A stretch of DNA of 64,000 nucleotides, taken from contig BAAIJX010000043.1 in NCBI GenBank assembly GCA_054600435.1, positions 1 through 64,000 of the forward strand. The letters run 5' to 3'. Position numbers and translations under genes: made by a program. How positions within the stretch are numbered: the stretch's first letter is position 1; each line of letters starts with the position of its first letter. Source of the DNA: Neophaeotheca triangularis. Its lineage: Eukaryota. Positions 11,467-23,604 of the stretch are shown here, in pieces. A model generated the notes under the pieces. That model worked only from the letters and a program-made list of their open reading frames with translations, did not search any database and was not told where the DNA came from.

Positions 11467-12676
11467 GTTGGTCTGGTCCAACGATGTCTTTCATTGATAC
11501 CTCGTAGACAGTGAGACTGTGACGGTGCAAGTGTGAAGATGTGAAGTTGAGTCCAGGCGGCGAACGCGCTTTGTCCGCGCGTTGAGCGTGGGGCAAGAGC
11601 GCGAAGTCACGTGCTGATCATCACAGTAACCTCACCTGGGCACCATTAGAAAACGGTGGCAACTGCACTATGCCACTCGCTGTGATATGAGATGAAACAT
11701 GACTAGGGAATCGGATACCGACATTGCTATGGACGAGTAAAAACATTGGCCCATGTCTGGGACCTCACTCGCTTCAAAGTGGCCTGTACCGTACGTCTTT
11801 TCAAAGTATTGCTGCAGAACCTCGGCCTTCGACAAAGAACAAACGGTTCCGCGGACCTTGAAGCCTCTGGCGATGAGCTGATTGCAAATATGGCTTCGAA
11901 TGGAACCGTTTGAGAGCAGGTGACTAGCACTCTAGAGCCTGGGAGTACGACAGACATCCTGGAGGTAGGCGAGTTGCACTTAATTGGAGTTATCAGTAGC
12001 TTTGGACTGGAGATTGTGGCATTTCTTTCGAGCATGTCCAACGAAGGCATTCCAGGCACAACCAACGCGCAATATATTGATGAGTGCCCGACTTAGCTTG
12101 TTCGGCTCTCTGCTTACATTACACTCTACTTTGCGCCCCGGGTCAGGTGCAGATGTGCAGATCCGTCCCGCAGAGCTGAGCTATACTTTACGAAGTTCGA
12201 AGGATACGAGAGCGAAAGCAAGACATGATCTCGCGAGAGTTCATGGTAGTCCAATGCTGACCCATGTTCCTAGGTATGAGTTGCCTTGGTGGCGTTCGAA
12301 ACTCAAGTAATCAACAGAACTTCGTCAATCGTCGAGGTTTTCAGAGGCGTCCGAGTATCACCTTAGCGTTTCATTATCAGGATTCGAGTTCTTTGTCAGA
12401 TATGTAAGGTCCGGGTACTGTCCAGCTCAAAATTCTTGTACTTTTTGCTGACGTTGAGCTGAAGCTTGGACCTTCACTTGCCGCCAAGACTTTGTTATGC
12501 TCTCGGGAATGCGACTGTACCGCATCCTACACGACCGCTACCACATCGACTCAGCATTCCCACGAACAATCCAACGAATCTCCGTTAATCTAGATCGATT
12601 TCCGACGCTCTAGCCACCAAACTCAACCCCCGAAACCAAAACCTACCCAAACACTCCCCTCCTCTACACCTCCAAC

Positions 12677-13027
12677 ATGTCCTTCCTCGGCATGGGACGC
12701 CCCCAGCCCTCTTCGGAGCAGAAGATCGCGGCCGCCGAAAGCGAAATCGAAATGGTGAGCAACATGTTCAACCAGTAAGTAACCCCACTAAACCCTTGGG
12801 GGAAAATGTCAAAGGCTCCTGTGCCCGAAGAGACTGACTTTTCCACCCCAAGGCTCGTGGACACTTGCACCAAGAAGTGCATCCCAAAGGATTACCGCGA
12901 AGCCGACCTCAACAAGGGCGAGTCCGTCTGCCTCGACCGCTGCGTGGCGAAGTTTTTCGATGTGAACGTCAAGGTTTCGGAGAAGATGCAGGGAGAGGCG
13001 TCTAGGAAGAGTGGGATGAGCGTTTAA
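12677..13027 (+). CDS. TIM10: Mitochondrial intermembrane-space small Tim chaperone Tim10
   Basis: [33 protein letters not shown], intron 12775-12852 (GTAAGT...CTGAC...AAG), then LVDTCTKKC...[14 protein letters not shown], a twin CX3C motif. Confidence 0.93.
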
Positions 13028-13332
13028 GAGGGGAGTATGGGGGGTCGCTAGGGCGGGAGATGTGCTTCAGAGCTCAGTGTCCGAGATGGCGTGTTCATGC
13101 TGATGGCGGGGAAGGAGGTGAAGCCGCGATACCGCGATGTAAGATTATGGGGAAAGGCTGCGTATACTGGCGCCGAGAATGCGTTTCTACGCCTCGTGGA
13201 GAACTGAGGGTTGTTGAGGGGTGTACATTACGGTCATCATGATATTCGTCTCTTAATCGAGCTTGTATCTTCACGGCGAGAATCTCATGGGGCTCCCAAA
13301 CGCCAGACTCTGTACAAAAGCGACACGAAACC

Positions 13333-15047
13333 TCAAAAATGCTCTTTCCAGAACTTGAACCGCACATTCCCGGTTGTGGCCTCCTTGCAAGCCTGCTTTA
13401 TATCTCGCGCTGCCACGTTCGGCCCGCAAAAGTACACACCCACGTCAGTCCTACCTCCCTTATCGAGCCCAGCCATGTAGCTTTGGTTCATGATGCCTTC
13501 TCGCATGGCCACCAGCAAGCGATTGAAGTCCGGTCTCCCAAAGTTGGTTCGACTGCTCAGCTCAGTCAGGGGGTCTTTATCAGTGCCGACAGAATTAAGC
13601 ACGATATTCTGCGCGGTGTCGGCGTCCATTCGCTGGGTGAGGTATGTATGTATTCGGAGAAATTCCGACGCCGAGCCAGCGCCCGTCATGCTTAAACTTT
13701 GCGCTTCGAGCGAGGAGAGCAGCGCTTGGAACCATTCGAAGGAGGTCGTGTCCTTGCAGACCCAGATAAACTCTACTCTGCGGAGTCGGCGCGGTGGGTT
13801 GGGGCTCAGACGCATGTGCCAGATGTTCTTCAGAATGCTTGCCCAGGGCGTTACACCGATGCCAGTGCCGATGAGAACAGCGACTTCGTTTTCGAAAACG
13901 TCTTCCGCGGGTGCTCCGTAGGGTCCATCGATGCGCAGTTTCGGCATCTCTTGTCCGTTCTGTAGAGCCACTTCGTACATGCCCATGGGGTCGAGCTCGT
14001 CGTATAGCTTTTGTTGCTCTGGACCTGCGCCTAGTGCCGATGCCAGGGAGCGGGTGAAATCGCCGACTTGACGTACATGCACGCTGATATAAGGGTCGAA
14101 AGGGCAGGAGGTGATCGTGAAGGGATGCCATTGTGTGGCACTGACCGAAGGAACGTTGAGGAACAGCCACTGGCCGGCTTTGTATCGCATCGAGGGCTTG
14201 CGAAACTGGATTTCAACGGCATCTTAAAGATGTTAGTACGGACTGGTGAGTAAACGGTGCGCTCGAGCTTACCATATGGATGCCTCACGACCTTGATGAT
14301 TTGCGTCTGCCTTCGAGCCCGGATTTCGCGGTACAGTCTCTCGCATAGGTAAAGCCCGCCTCCGACAAGCTCCCATCTCCAACCCTGATACCCTATGCAA
14401 TGATTCCAGAACATTTCCCCCGCGAAAGGCGAGTAAGGTGGTACTGTGTCCCGGACAAAGCACCCAGTCGCATGCGTGTACATTCCCAACAAGAACGGGA
14501 TGAACAAGTGGTGCGTGTACCAGAAAGTCTCATAGCTCTGTTGCCGAATCTTGGAATGCGCTGTGGTATACATGAGCAGCATGCAGAGAAGCATGACGTG
14601 CCCAGTTATACCACCGGCTTGCGCATAGTGTATTTCCACCGCTGCCTCTGCTCTTACTTGACTCCTCTCCACATTGAAGAAGTTTACGTAGTGGCTTGCC
14701 ACGTGCACTATAGTCCAGAAGAGCATCGTGTAGGCGACTTGTCGATGAAACCATTGGCTTTCGTCGAGCGGCAGGAAGCGCATTTTCGGTCGAATGTAGC
14801 GCAGTAGATTCCGGCACATTGGCAGCATGATAATCATGGTGTCGACCGAAAGACATAGTCCTGCTCCGCGCGAGAACCAAACGCTGAATTCCAGAGTATT
14901 GAGTGGCGCCAGGCGTTCATCGGATACTTGCTTGTACCATCCGTAGATGAAAAGGAAAAGGTGTAGGCCGTGGAAGAGGGTATAGAAGATTATCTTTCGG
15001 AGCGTGAACTGTGAGGCGATCCATGACCGCTGCTGAGCCACTGCCAT
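13333..15047 (-). CDS. noxA: NADPH oxidase NoxA/Nox1 (gp91phox homologue)
   Basis: Ferric-reductase-like TM domain with heme His residues (WFHRQVAY, VHVASHY, FWYTHHLF, YTHATG), FAD motif HPFTITS, NADPH motifs GPYG and IGTGIGVTP, and C-terminal FKFWKEHF. Intron 14223-14272. It lacks the long N-terminal extension of NoxB and the EF hands of NoxC. Confidence 0.95.
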
Positions 15048-16265
15048 GGTGGACACAAGCGCAGTGTCCAGCAATAATTTCGTGATGCCTAGCTATTGCG
15101 GCATTGCCTTTGGAATATATGTCGCACGAGCTTCGTCTATGATAGCCGGATGGCGCAGGAATTTGACAGTCTTCTTTTGTACTTGTGTGATGGCACAGAA
15201 TGCGGAAATTGAAACGGAGGTAACAGAGCGAAGACTGACGTTAAGTCAGATACCTACCTTCACACTTAAGAAGAGGAAGAATGCCAGCACGCTATCCAGG
15301 TACTCTTCCCGACCACCAAGACCTCACAAGCACGCCTCTCTCGCATGCGAGCACTTCCAGACGCAGGTCGAAGGCTATGTGACCAGCCTCTCAGAGGTCG
15401 GTGAGCAGGCGCTGGAGGACGAGTGGTCGTTGTACAGGCGCCGGTACAGCTGGCGCCCTGCATGGAGATCTGACGGGGTGTCCCGCGAAGATGAGTTGAC
15501 GCCCTTGGCGTGAAGTGAGATGATGATTGGAGCGCTTTCTTGATATACCTGAGCTGGACGCTGAAATCTCTTCCTTCCAGGCAACTTGACTTGGTAGTCT
15601 CAACTGGCCTGGTAACCCAAATTTAGTCATGATTGCCAGGTGGTCATCTCTGTACACTTCTATGCGATCGTCAAGCCTGGGGAGGCCCGGAGGTGTCAAG
15701 GGAGAGGGATCGTCTCAACTTCACGTCGGGATGCAGTCGATGCGGAAGTAGTGGGGGCCGTCGCTCAAGCCAATCGGCGTCGTTGGAATCACATTAAAGC
15801 GGGCCCTTGCATACGGAGACCCTGCGGCTTCAGTGATTCGCCTTCTTCAGCGCTTACAGCACCTCTCGGCCATGCATATTGCACACCTCACGCTTTCGCC
15901 CACCGCAGGGCACACCGTCCCCAAGAGTACCAGGTGCCTTATGGAGTATGGAAGTGTGCTCGTAATATGCAGACCAAGCTAGATAGAGTGCGTGACTGGC
16001 CAGGCAAGTTATGTAGGTCTACAGCAGTTCTTCTGTCGCATCCAGTGGCTTCAACCTCTTCGGTATCACCTCGCAGAAGTTGGCATTTTCTTGGTCTGCA
16101 AAGTCACCGTTTCTTCGACCTCGTCCGCACAGTCCTACGTCTTGAGGTTTTTGAACCTCCATCGAATGCTGGACTCACAGACTGACGATAGCCACGCAAC
16201 CTCAATCATCCCGATATCGTTAAAAAAGCAGCCTTGCCTGATCGAAGCTACGCTCAGTCGCAAAA

Positions 16266-16830
16266 ATGGGGAAACTGATCAAGAACCACTGGGCCAGGCT
16301 GATAGTCCTAACAGCAGCAGCATGTTCGACACCCGCGAATCTCAAACCCTCGAAACCAAGCATCCAAACTAACAAAGCCCTACAGACCAAATCGCCGCCG
16401 CGATAGAGGGTTTCTTCTGGCCCAAGATCTTCTTCGACTTTCTCACCAAGAACCTCGACGGCGCTGTCAAGCCCGCCCCGATATTACAAGTTTTCAACCT
16501 CGTCTTCGGAATCCTCACCTTCGCGTACGAATGGCCGCTGAAGTATGTTGCCGGCACGGCGATACATGGGAGCATGGAAGTGCGCTTGATGTGGTTGCCG
16601 CTCACGTGCTTGTCTAGCGTGCTGTTGTACCAGGCGACGAATGCGGCGTTGTACTATTTCATTGGGTGCGTGGTCTACTTTTGGGCGTATAGCGAGGGCG
16701 AGGTATGTTGAGATTTATTCAAAGTTTAGATCGAGCCTTGCGTGCTGACTCTGCTTTTTAGATCATCTGTGCTGTACCTTGGACTCTACCGAAGCGATCA
16801 GATAGACCGAGACCGGCGGAGAAGGCTTGA
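16266..16830 (+). CDS. noxD: NoxD/Pro41/HAM-6 family membrane protein (fungal p22phox counterpart), 147 aa
   Basis: Not in the ORF track. Exons 16266-16323, 16386-16702 and 16762-16830 give MGKLIKNHWARLIVLTAAAYQIAAAIEGFFWPKIFFDFLTKNLDGAVKPAPILQVFNLVFGILTFAYEWPLKYVAGTAIHGSMEVRL...YYFIGCVVYFWAYSEGEIICAVPWTLPKR, which matches the Pro41/NoxD sequence as I recall it. Confidence 0.88.
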
Positions 16831-16935
16831 AGGAGCTGCATTTTTACAGTGTTCGCAATGGTAGATTAACATGACGAGCTGCTAGGCCACTGATCTGAAC
16901 CCAATGGATTTTTTTGACTTCTGAAACGACTACCT

Positions 16936-18073
16936 TTACTCCGGTCCCTGAATCAGCGTCTTGATGCCTTTGGCCGCCTTGACCTCCTCAAAAGCCCTCT
17001 CCGCATCCTTGAAGTTCACACTGCCCGTGATAAGCTCCTTTACGCTAACCCTGCCAGCTGAGACCAAACCGACCGCGAGGTCGTAGTCTCCAGACTGGTA
17101 GCGGAAGCTTCCCTTAACATGGAGCTCCTTGCTTCCCAACGCGCCGATTGGGAAAGTAATGTCCGATTTGCCCATACCGCCCTGAACATATGTACCGCCT
17201 GTCCTGGCAACGTGAATGCCAGCTTGAATGCAAGGCTCCGCGCCAGTCGCATCAATGACTACATCAGCGCCCTTGCCCAAGTCGCACTCATCAATCATCC
17301 TCTTCGCAGTTGCCTCCGCCGACTCCTTCTTCGAGACGAAGGCGTGCGTAGCAGCGTATTTCTTCGCAAAAGCCAATCTCTCCTCGTTGATGTCCACGCT
17401 CACAATTTTGTTCGAGCCGAATGCCTTTGCAACAGCACAGCACAGCAGACCCACGGGTCCAGCACCAAACACGACAACACTCTGCCCAGGCTTGATGTCC
17501 CCCTGTCTCGAGATGTGCACACCTACAGCTAGCGGCTCCATCAAAGCACCCTCCTCCAAGCTCATGCTCTCTGGCAATTTGTAGCACAGATCATCGGGCA
17601 GGGTGTAGTACTTGGCGAGGGTGCCGTCGATCGGGGGCGTCGCGGCGAACCTCATGTCGAAGCAGAGGTTGTATTTGCCCTCCTTGCAGCGCACGCAGCG
17701 TCTGCACGGCTTGCCGGGTTCCATGCATACCCTGTCGCCGGGTTTGACGGTAGTAACATTGGCACCGACTTGGTGGACTATGCCGGAGGATTCGTGGCCG
17801 AGGACCATGGGCGACTTGACGACGAAGTCACCGATAGCGCCATGGCTCCAGTAGTGGACGTCGGAGCCACAGATGCCTGTGAACTTGACGCCAACGATGA
17901 CATCGTTCGGGTCTTGGATCTCTGGTACTGGACGATCTTCGAATTTGACGCTGCCGGCCTTTTCGAGCACGAAGGAGAGGTTCTGCAGGGAGTCCTTGTG
18001 GTCAGCAATGCCCTTGTTTATACCTTGGTGGGGAGGATGCGGGGCACCATGATAGGCCTACCTTGTCGCCCAT
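16936..18073 (-). CDS. Xylitol/sorbitol dehydrogenase (Zn-dependent MDR family)
   Basis: TGICGSDVH, GHE, structural Zn cysteines CRRCVRC...C, GAGPVG and GSFRY motifs. Exon 1 encodes MGDK, followed by intron 17983-18061. Confidence 0.92.
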
Positions 18074-18348
18074 TATGTTGATTGTGCTTTTCCGGAAGAA
18101 GTGGGAAAATATGCAAGTGGTGAGAGTTGTAGAAGGTGTTTGACTTAACTGGTCGGTCAGAGAACAGAGGTGACCTTTTTTTCTCTAGAGTCAAGGCCTC
18201 CGTCGGTGAGGTTCTACATGATTTTGGCTGCTAATGGTTTTGGTGGACACGATGGCCTCAAAGGGTCCCACGTCAAGGTTGGGTCACCGTCAGGCCAGCG
18301 AATGGCAGACACATGCTGCCGGCTTCCACCTGCAACCTTTCCTGTGCT

Positions 18349-18355
18349 TTTAGCC
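18349..18355 (-). promoter_or_regulatory. Candidate XlnR-type site GGCTAAA upstream of the xylitol dehydrogenase gene
   Basis: TTTAGCC on the + strand, about 280 nt upstream of the ATG. It is a single short motif and could be chance. Confidence 0.35.
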
Positions 18356-18680
18356 TGATTAGCAGCGCTGTCACGTGAGTCGAGCGCACGTGCGACTGAC
18401 AACAGACGCCACAGACCGCTGTTCTCAAACCTTTGTAGAGACAACAACATCATACCTACTTGTACCTCAAGGTAGAGGTACTACTTAGGTACTCTGCTAT
18501 TACCTCTTCATGAGAGAGGCGACGAGACAGCAGGAACATCACCGCGTATAGATGGACTGTACCGATATCTTGCTGCATTGTAATACGCATGACTATCACT
18601 GATAGTTGGCTGATATCCACTTGCGCCTTTTGACTAAAGCCTATCAAAATGCTCGCCTAACAGCTGCACAGCACGAGGAC

Positions 18681-18961
18681 CTTATCAGCGCGCGCCGCCG
18701 GCCGTCTACCAGCCATGCGTGCCATGGACGCCATATCTCGAACATCTCCATCTGTTAATGCTGGGCGCCACGTGGATAACCGTTGTCCAGGGCCCATCGT
18801 AGGGTTGCGAGCCATTGATGATTGCTCTAGAAGAGCGCCCTTATCGATGCCTATCAGCGACCGTGGATGGATACAGGACGATAATGACCAAAATGTGTCA
18901 GTTTCACCGTCCCACGCCCTCTGGTTGCGATATCGCGAAGGTAGGCCGGGGTTTGGATAAA
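18681..18961. promoter_or_regulatory. Cluster of GATA sites (AreA/NIT2-type) upstream of the urea transporter
   Basis: CTTATC at 18681, GATAAC 18775, CTTATC 18840, CTATCA 18851, GATAAT 18880 and GATAAA 18956, all within 400 nt of the DUR3 ATG. Confidence 0.6.
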
Positions 18962-19078
18962 TACATATAGGTGAAAATGATCGCTTTCATTCACGTCTGT
19001 CGCGTCTCTCAGTTTCTCAAACATTTTCTTCAAGACCCCGCGACCGAGCAATAGCTGGCGATTTTCCTCGGCACAATA

Positions 19079-21525
19079 ATGTCTACGCCACAACCCCCCC
19101 TTGGCGCTGGAGCTGGCTATGGTGTGGTTATCGGGGTGGGCGGGCTATTCGCAGTCAGCATGATGGCCATCACCTTCATGCTGAGAAGATACAACAATGA
19201 ATTGCAGACTTCCGAAGTCTTCTCGACTGCTGGAAGGAGTGTCAAGACTGGTCTTGTTGCTTCGGCTGTCGTTTCATCATGGACATGGGCTGGTGGGTTC
19301 TTTTTCGTCAACCAGCGAGACCAGACAATCGATCCTAACATGCTTTAGCTACATTACTTCAATCCACTGCCGTTTCCTACCGTTATGGAGTTTCAGGAGG
19401 CTTTTGGTATGCCTCTGGAGCTACAGTACAGATTATTCTCTTTGCAACTCTAGCCATTGAGCTCAAACGAAAAGCTCCCAATGCGCATACGTTTCTTGAA
19501 GCCGTTCGCGCTCGATATGGAACAAGTACACATCTTGTGTAAGTCTCCCGGCTTTCTCTGACTGAAGCACAAATGGCTCATACTGTTTCAGATTCGTGGT
19601 CTTTGGCTTGATGACCAACATACTCGTGACCGCTCAACTGCTCACGGTACGTATTCCGGCCAGGAAGACGACGCTGCCACCAAACTGACTTTTGATAGGG
19701 CGGGAGTGCAACAATCACTAGCATCACGGGAATGAATTCTGTCGCCGGTTGCTTCCTGATTCCAGTAGGTGTTGTGGCCTTCACAATGTTTGGTGGCATC
19801 AAAGCCACGTTCCTCACCGACTGGGCGAACGCTGCCATGGTGAACATCATCATTCTTATCTTCGCCTTCGTTGCTTTTGCAAAAGGCGCTGAGTTGGGGA
19901 GCCCGAGGGCAGTGTACGATTTGCTCGTAGAAGCCGGGAACCGTCATCCTGTCGATGGTAACCAGGATGGGTCGTATCTCACCATGAGTTCTCGGGAGGG
20001 AGGCATCTTCTTCGTCATAAATGTAAGTCTTTGCCTGTCAAGATTACTCTGCCAGTTCATTGCTAACGTTCATAGCTTGTGGGAAAGTGAGTCGTTACAA
20101 TTAGATACCCCTTCTCCGGTACATTGCTAACCTCATCAAGCTTCGGAACCGTTTTCCTCGACAACGGCTATTACAACAAGGCCATTGCTGCAAGCCCAGT
20201 CAACGCTCTGCCAGGCTATGTCATGGGTGGTCTCTCCTGGTTCGCAGTCCCATGGCTGTGCGCGACAACGCTTGGTCTCTCCGCGCTGGCACTGGAGAAC
20301 AGCCCTGTCTTCCCAACCTACCCTAACCGCATGCCGGAAGCCGACGTCTCAGCAGGACTCGTTCTACCGTACGGTGCTACAGCGCTGTTGGGTTCGGGTG
20401 GTGCTGCTGCTGCGTTGCTGTGAGTATCAGCCCGAATCGTGCTCGCCGTTCTTTCTGACTTACCTTTTTACAGACTCGTTTTCTTCGCCGTCATCTCTGC
20501 GCTATCTTCGGAGTTGATTGCCGTTTCGTCTATCTGGACGTACGATATCTATCAGACGTACATCAACCCGCAAGCCACAGGCAAACGCTTGGTATACATG
20601 AGTCACGCAAGCGTCGCTGTCTTCTCCATGTTGATGGCGGCATTTAGTGTTGGCCTTTACTACGCTGGCATCTCCATGGGATACCTCTATCTACTGATGG
20701 GAGTGATCATTTCCGCGGCAGTAAGTTTAAATTCCATGTCTGATGACACGGCATCACCTCTAACATCGGTCGCAGGTATTCCCGTCAGCCATGACGTTGA
20801 TTTGGAATCGTCAGTCTTGGGCGGCTGCTACCTTTGCGCCGCCATTGGGACTCGCATGCTCCTTGACAGCATGGCTCGTGACCTCCTCGAAACTTGGGGG
20901 AAACCTGTCCATCGCGGTTACTGGCAGTAACAACCCAATGTTGGCTGGCAACGTAACGGCGCTCCTATCGCCCCTGGTCTTCGTCCCACTCTTCTCTCTG
21001 ATCTTCCCTTCCAAAAAATACGACTGGATGTCTATGAGAAACATCAAAAAGGGCGACGACTCCGACCTAGCGAATGAAGCCCATGTCGATCTCGAGCTGA
21101 TCCCGGGCGAGACCACCATGACTGAGCAAGAGCAGAGGAATGAGGCGCGCAAACTCAAGCGCAACGCCATCTTCGCGCGATGCTTGACGGTGGCTATGAC
21201 AATCTGCTTCCTAATTCTCTGGCCGATGCCGATGTTCGGCTCGGGCTACATTTTCAGCGAAAACTTCTTCACCGGCTGGATCAGCGTGGCTATGCTTTGG
21301 CTGTTCCTCAGTTCTTTCGCCATCATCCTCTATCCGGTCTGGGAAGGCCGGAAGACTATCGCTCGGACTGCGAAGGCTATCTTCCTGGACGTCACTGGCA
21401 AGCAGAAGCCGGTTCTTCACGGCAGAGCCACCGTTGCTGAGACTGCCGACCTCGAGGAGAAGGCAGACGAGAAGAAGGGCATGCAAACGCCGCCTGATGA
21501 GGAAGCCCAGACGCCTTCGCGATGA
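19079..21525 (+). CDS. DUR3: Urea active transporter DUR3/UreA (sodium:solute symporter family)
   Basis: [46 protein letters not shown] and [13 protein letters not shown] motifs. Seven introns: 19293-19348, 19539-19591, 19647-19698, 20023-20075, 20087-20140, 20420-20473 and 20721-20775. Confidence 0.93.
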
Positions 21526-21616
21526 TACACGCGTCGTTTCCGCACCTTCTTTAGTTTAACGCATAGATACCCAACCGCACATTTTGTCACAGAATCACCA
21601 AGTCTAGCCAACTCCG

Positions 21617-22934
21617 TTACTCAACAATCGCCCTCCACATCTTCCGCCCTTTGAAATTATTCACCCCATCATCCTCCATAACCTCATCCGCCGACCGCCC
21701 CGTCACAACACTCCTCTCACAATCCCGTCCTAGCACAAAGAATGCCTCCCATGGCCCCTGCCACTGCCCTCGCTCAGGGCCCGTCCGCACTTTACGAAAA
21801 CCTGAGAGTTGCCGATCGAGTGTCAGAAACCAGTGGCGTTGGTGTGTCGAGCCTATGCTATTCTCGGCTCCAGCGTAAGCGTTGTTGGCGCGAATGCTGG
21901 CATTTTCGTCTTCGCCACCCGAGGCTTCGGCTGCCGCTACTGCCGTGGTATCGACTGCTTCGTCCACGGCGGTTCCGGCCTTGGCTCGTGCTAAGACGGT
22001 CTCGCTCTCAGAGTCTGTTTCCAGCTGGGATGGCTCGCTTGGTTTGCGGCGACTCTTGGGGTCCAGTCCTCGACGTTTCCGCTTCGGCCTTTGCTGTTGC
22101 GAGTCGCGGTTGTTCGCCGAAGGAAGTCGGAGGGAAACGGTGTAGCCTGCCGGTAGTTTAGAGCCGTGGAGTCGTAACTTGATATGTCGTGTTTGGAACG
22201 CGGCGAATAGTTTCTGGCTCTCTGTCATTGAATGCATGGTTTGACGTGTCTCGTCGTCTGAATGCTCGTCTTCGGTTACGGGCTCCTCGGCCTGTTTCTC
22301 AACGATCTCGTACTCTCCTGTGTCCCATATGAGGAGGGATCCGATGGCATGCGAAGCTGATTCGATGAGGTTGTTCCAGATGCAGTGGACTCTAGTTTCG
22401 ATCGCCAGACGGTTGGGTCTTAGAGAGTTGGGGTTGCCTGGCAGGCCGTAAGGCACAGCGAAGGAGATGGAGCTGGAGTCGGAGAATTGGAGCCGTAGGT
22501 CATAGTGAACGCCTTTGGAGATCAGCGGATGTTTTCGGTTGCAATTCAGCGCACGAATGGTTACCTGAGACGGGATGATCGTGTTGAGTGACTACAAAAT
22601 GGCGACCGTTTTGATGGCTATTCCGTTGGTACAGCTCGCTGAAGTCTTTGATGGAGATACGTGGAATCCCAGTCGCTGTGAATCTGGAGCAGGCCTTGTG
22701 ACGGTTGGCGAAAAACATTAGATGATCGGTAATCTGAACCTGACCGGCTTCTATATCGGCGGCATGGGGCGCTGTCTCGGGTGGAGATGCATTGTTGGAC
22801 GCTTTTGGCCCGGAGATCGGGCCTGTAGTGGTTTTGCGCGATGGCGGTGGCGATATGTCCTTGGCGAGCGATGGAGGTTGCCGAATCATCTGTATCCGTT
22901 GTTCTGGAGTTATGCTTGCTCTTGCCGTAGGCAT
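21617..22934 (-). CDS. Stand-alone DNA ligase D 3'-phosphoesterase (LigD PE/LigD_N) domain protein
   Basis: Intron 22513-22564 joins FVVTQHDHPVSG to VHYDLRLQFS. Downstream are RLAIETRVH, GSLLIWDTGEY and LRLHGSKL, matching LigD PE motifs. The start codon (22934) is uncertain. Confidence 0.82.
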
Positions 22935-23604
22935 GCCAACTGTTCCGAGAGATGCAATACCCAAGCCAAGGCACGCTTCTTGCGTCGCGAGACGGTCTTG
23001 GCGTGCATCTGTTGGAGTTGAAGTCAAAGTTGCGTGTTCTCCCGAATCGAGAACAGCAAACAAGGTCTATCATGGCGAAGAAGATATTTTCAACAAGACG
23101 ATAGAATTGTCCTCATCACTACTGTAGACAATACAAAGACTTCAGCGTTCCAATCATGTCAAGTAAACACACCCCGCTACCTGTCAAGTTGACTGCCACC
23201 TGGGGTCTAATCCTAACCCTAGCCGTGCCTTGACGTTGCGTACGTAGAGGAAACAGCTGTGGAACTTCCGCCGAGCAATTGAACGCATCCTTGTTGACGT
23301 TAGCTCTAGGGCTCAGGAAACGTTCTTTAGTGTCCGCACCCAGAAGCATTCAGCTTGCTTCGAGCTAGCGCATCTTCTCGACGATCGCGAAGGAGCAATG
23401 AGGACCGATGGACGAAATGCTTGCCACGGCGCTCGAGAGGTGATTGGCGCCGCCCAAGTCTCGAGCACCAAGGGACATATTGGGCATCCACATCGCAGAA
23501 TCACGCATGTTGCTTTCAATCTGCTTTTCTGTTTTGAGCCAAAAGAACCTCCTGAAATAGCTGCATTACACTGCTCGTCATTAACTTCCCGAGTTCATTG
23601 ACAA

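Noticed and set aside
11700..12400. Possible pseudogene between the Artemis-like gene and TIM10
   Set aside because: The reading frames are interrupted and show no recognisable similarity.
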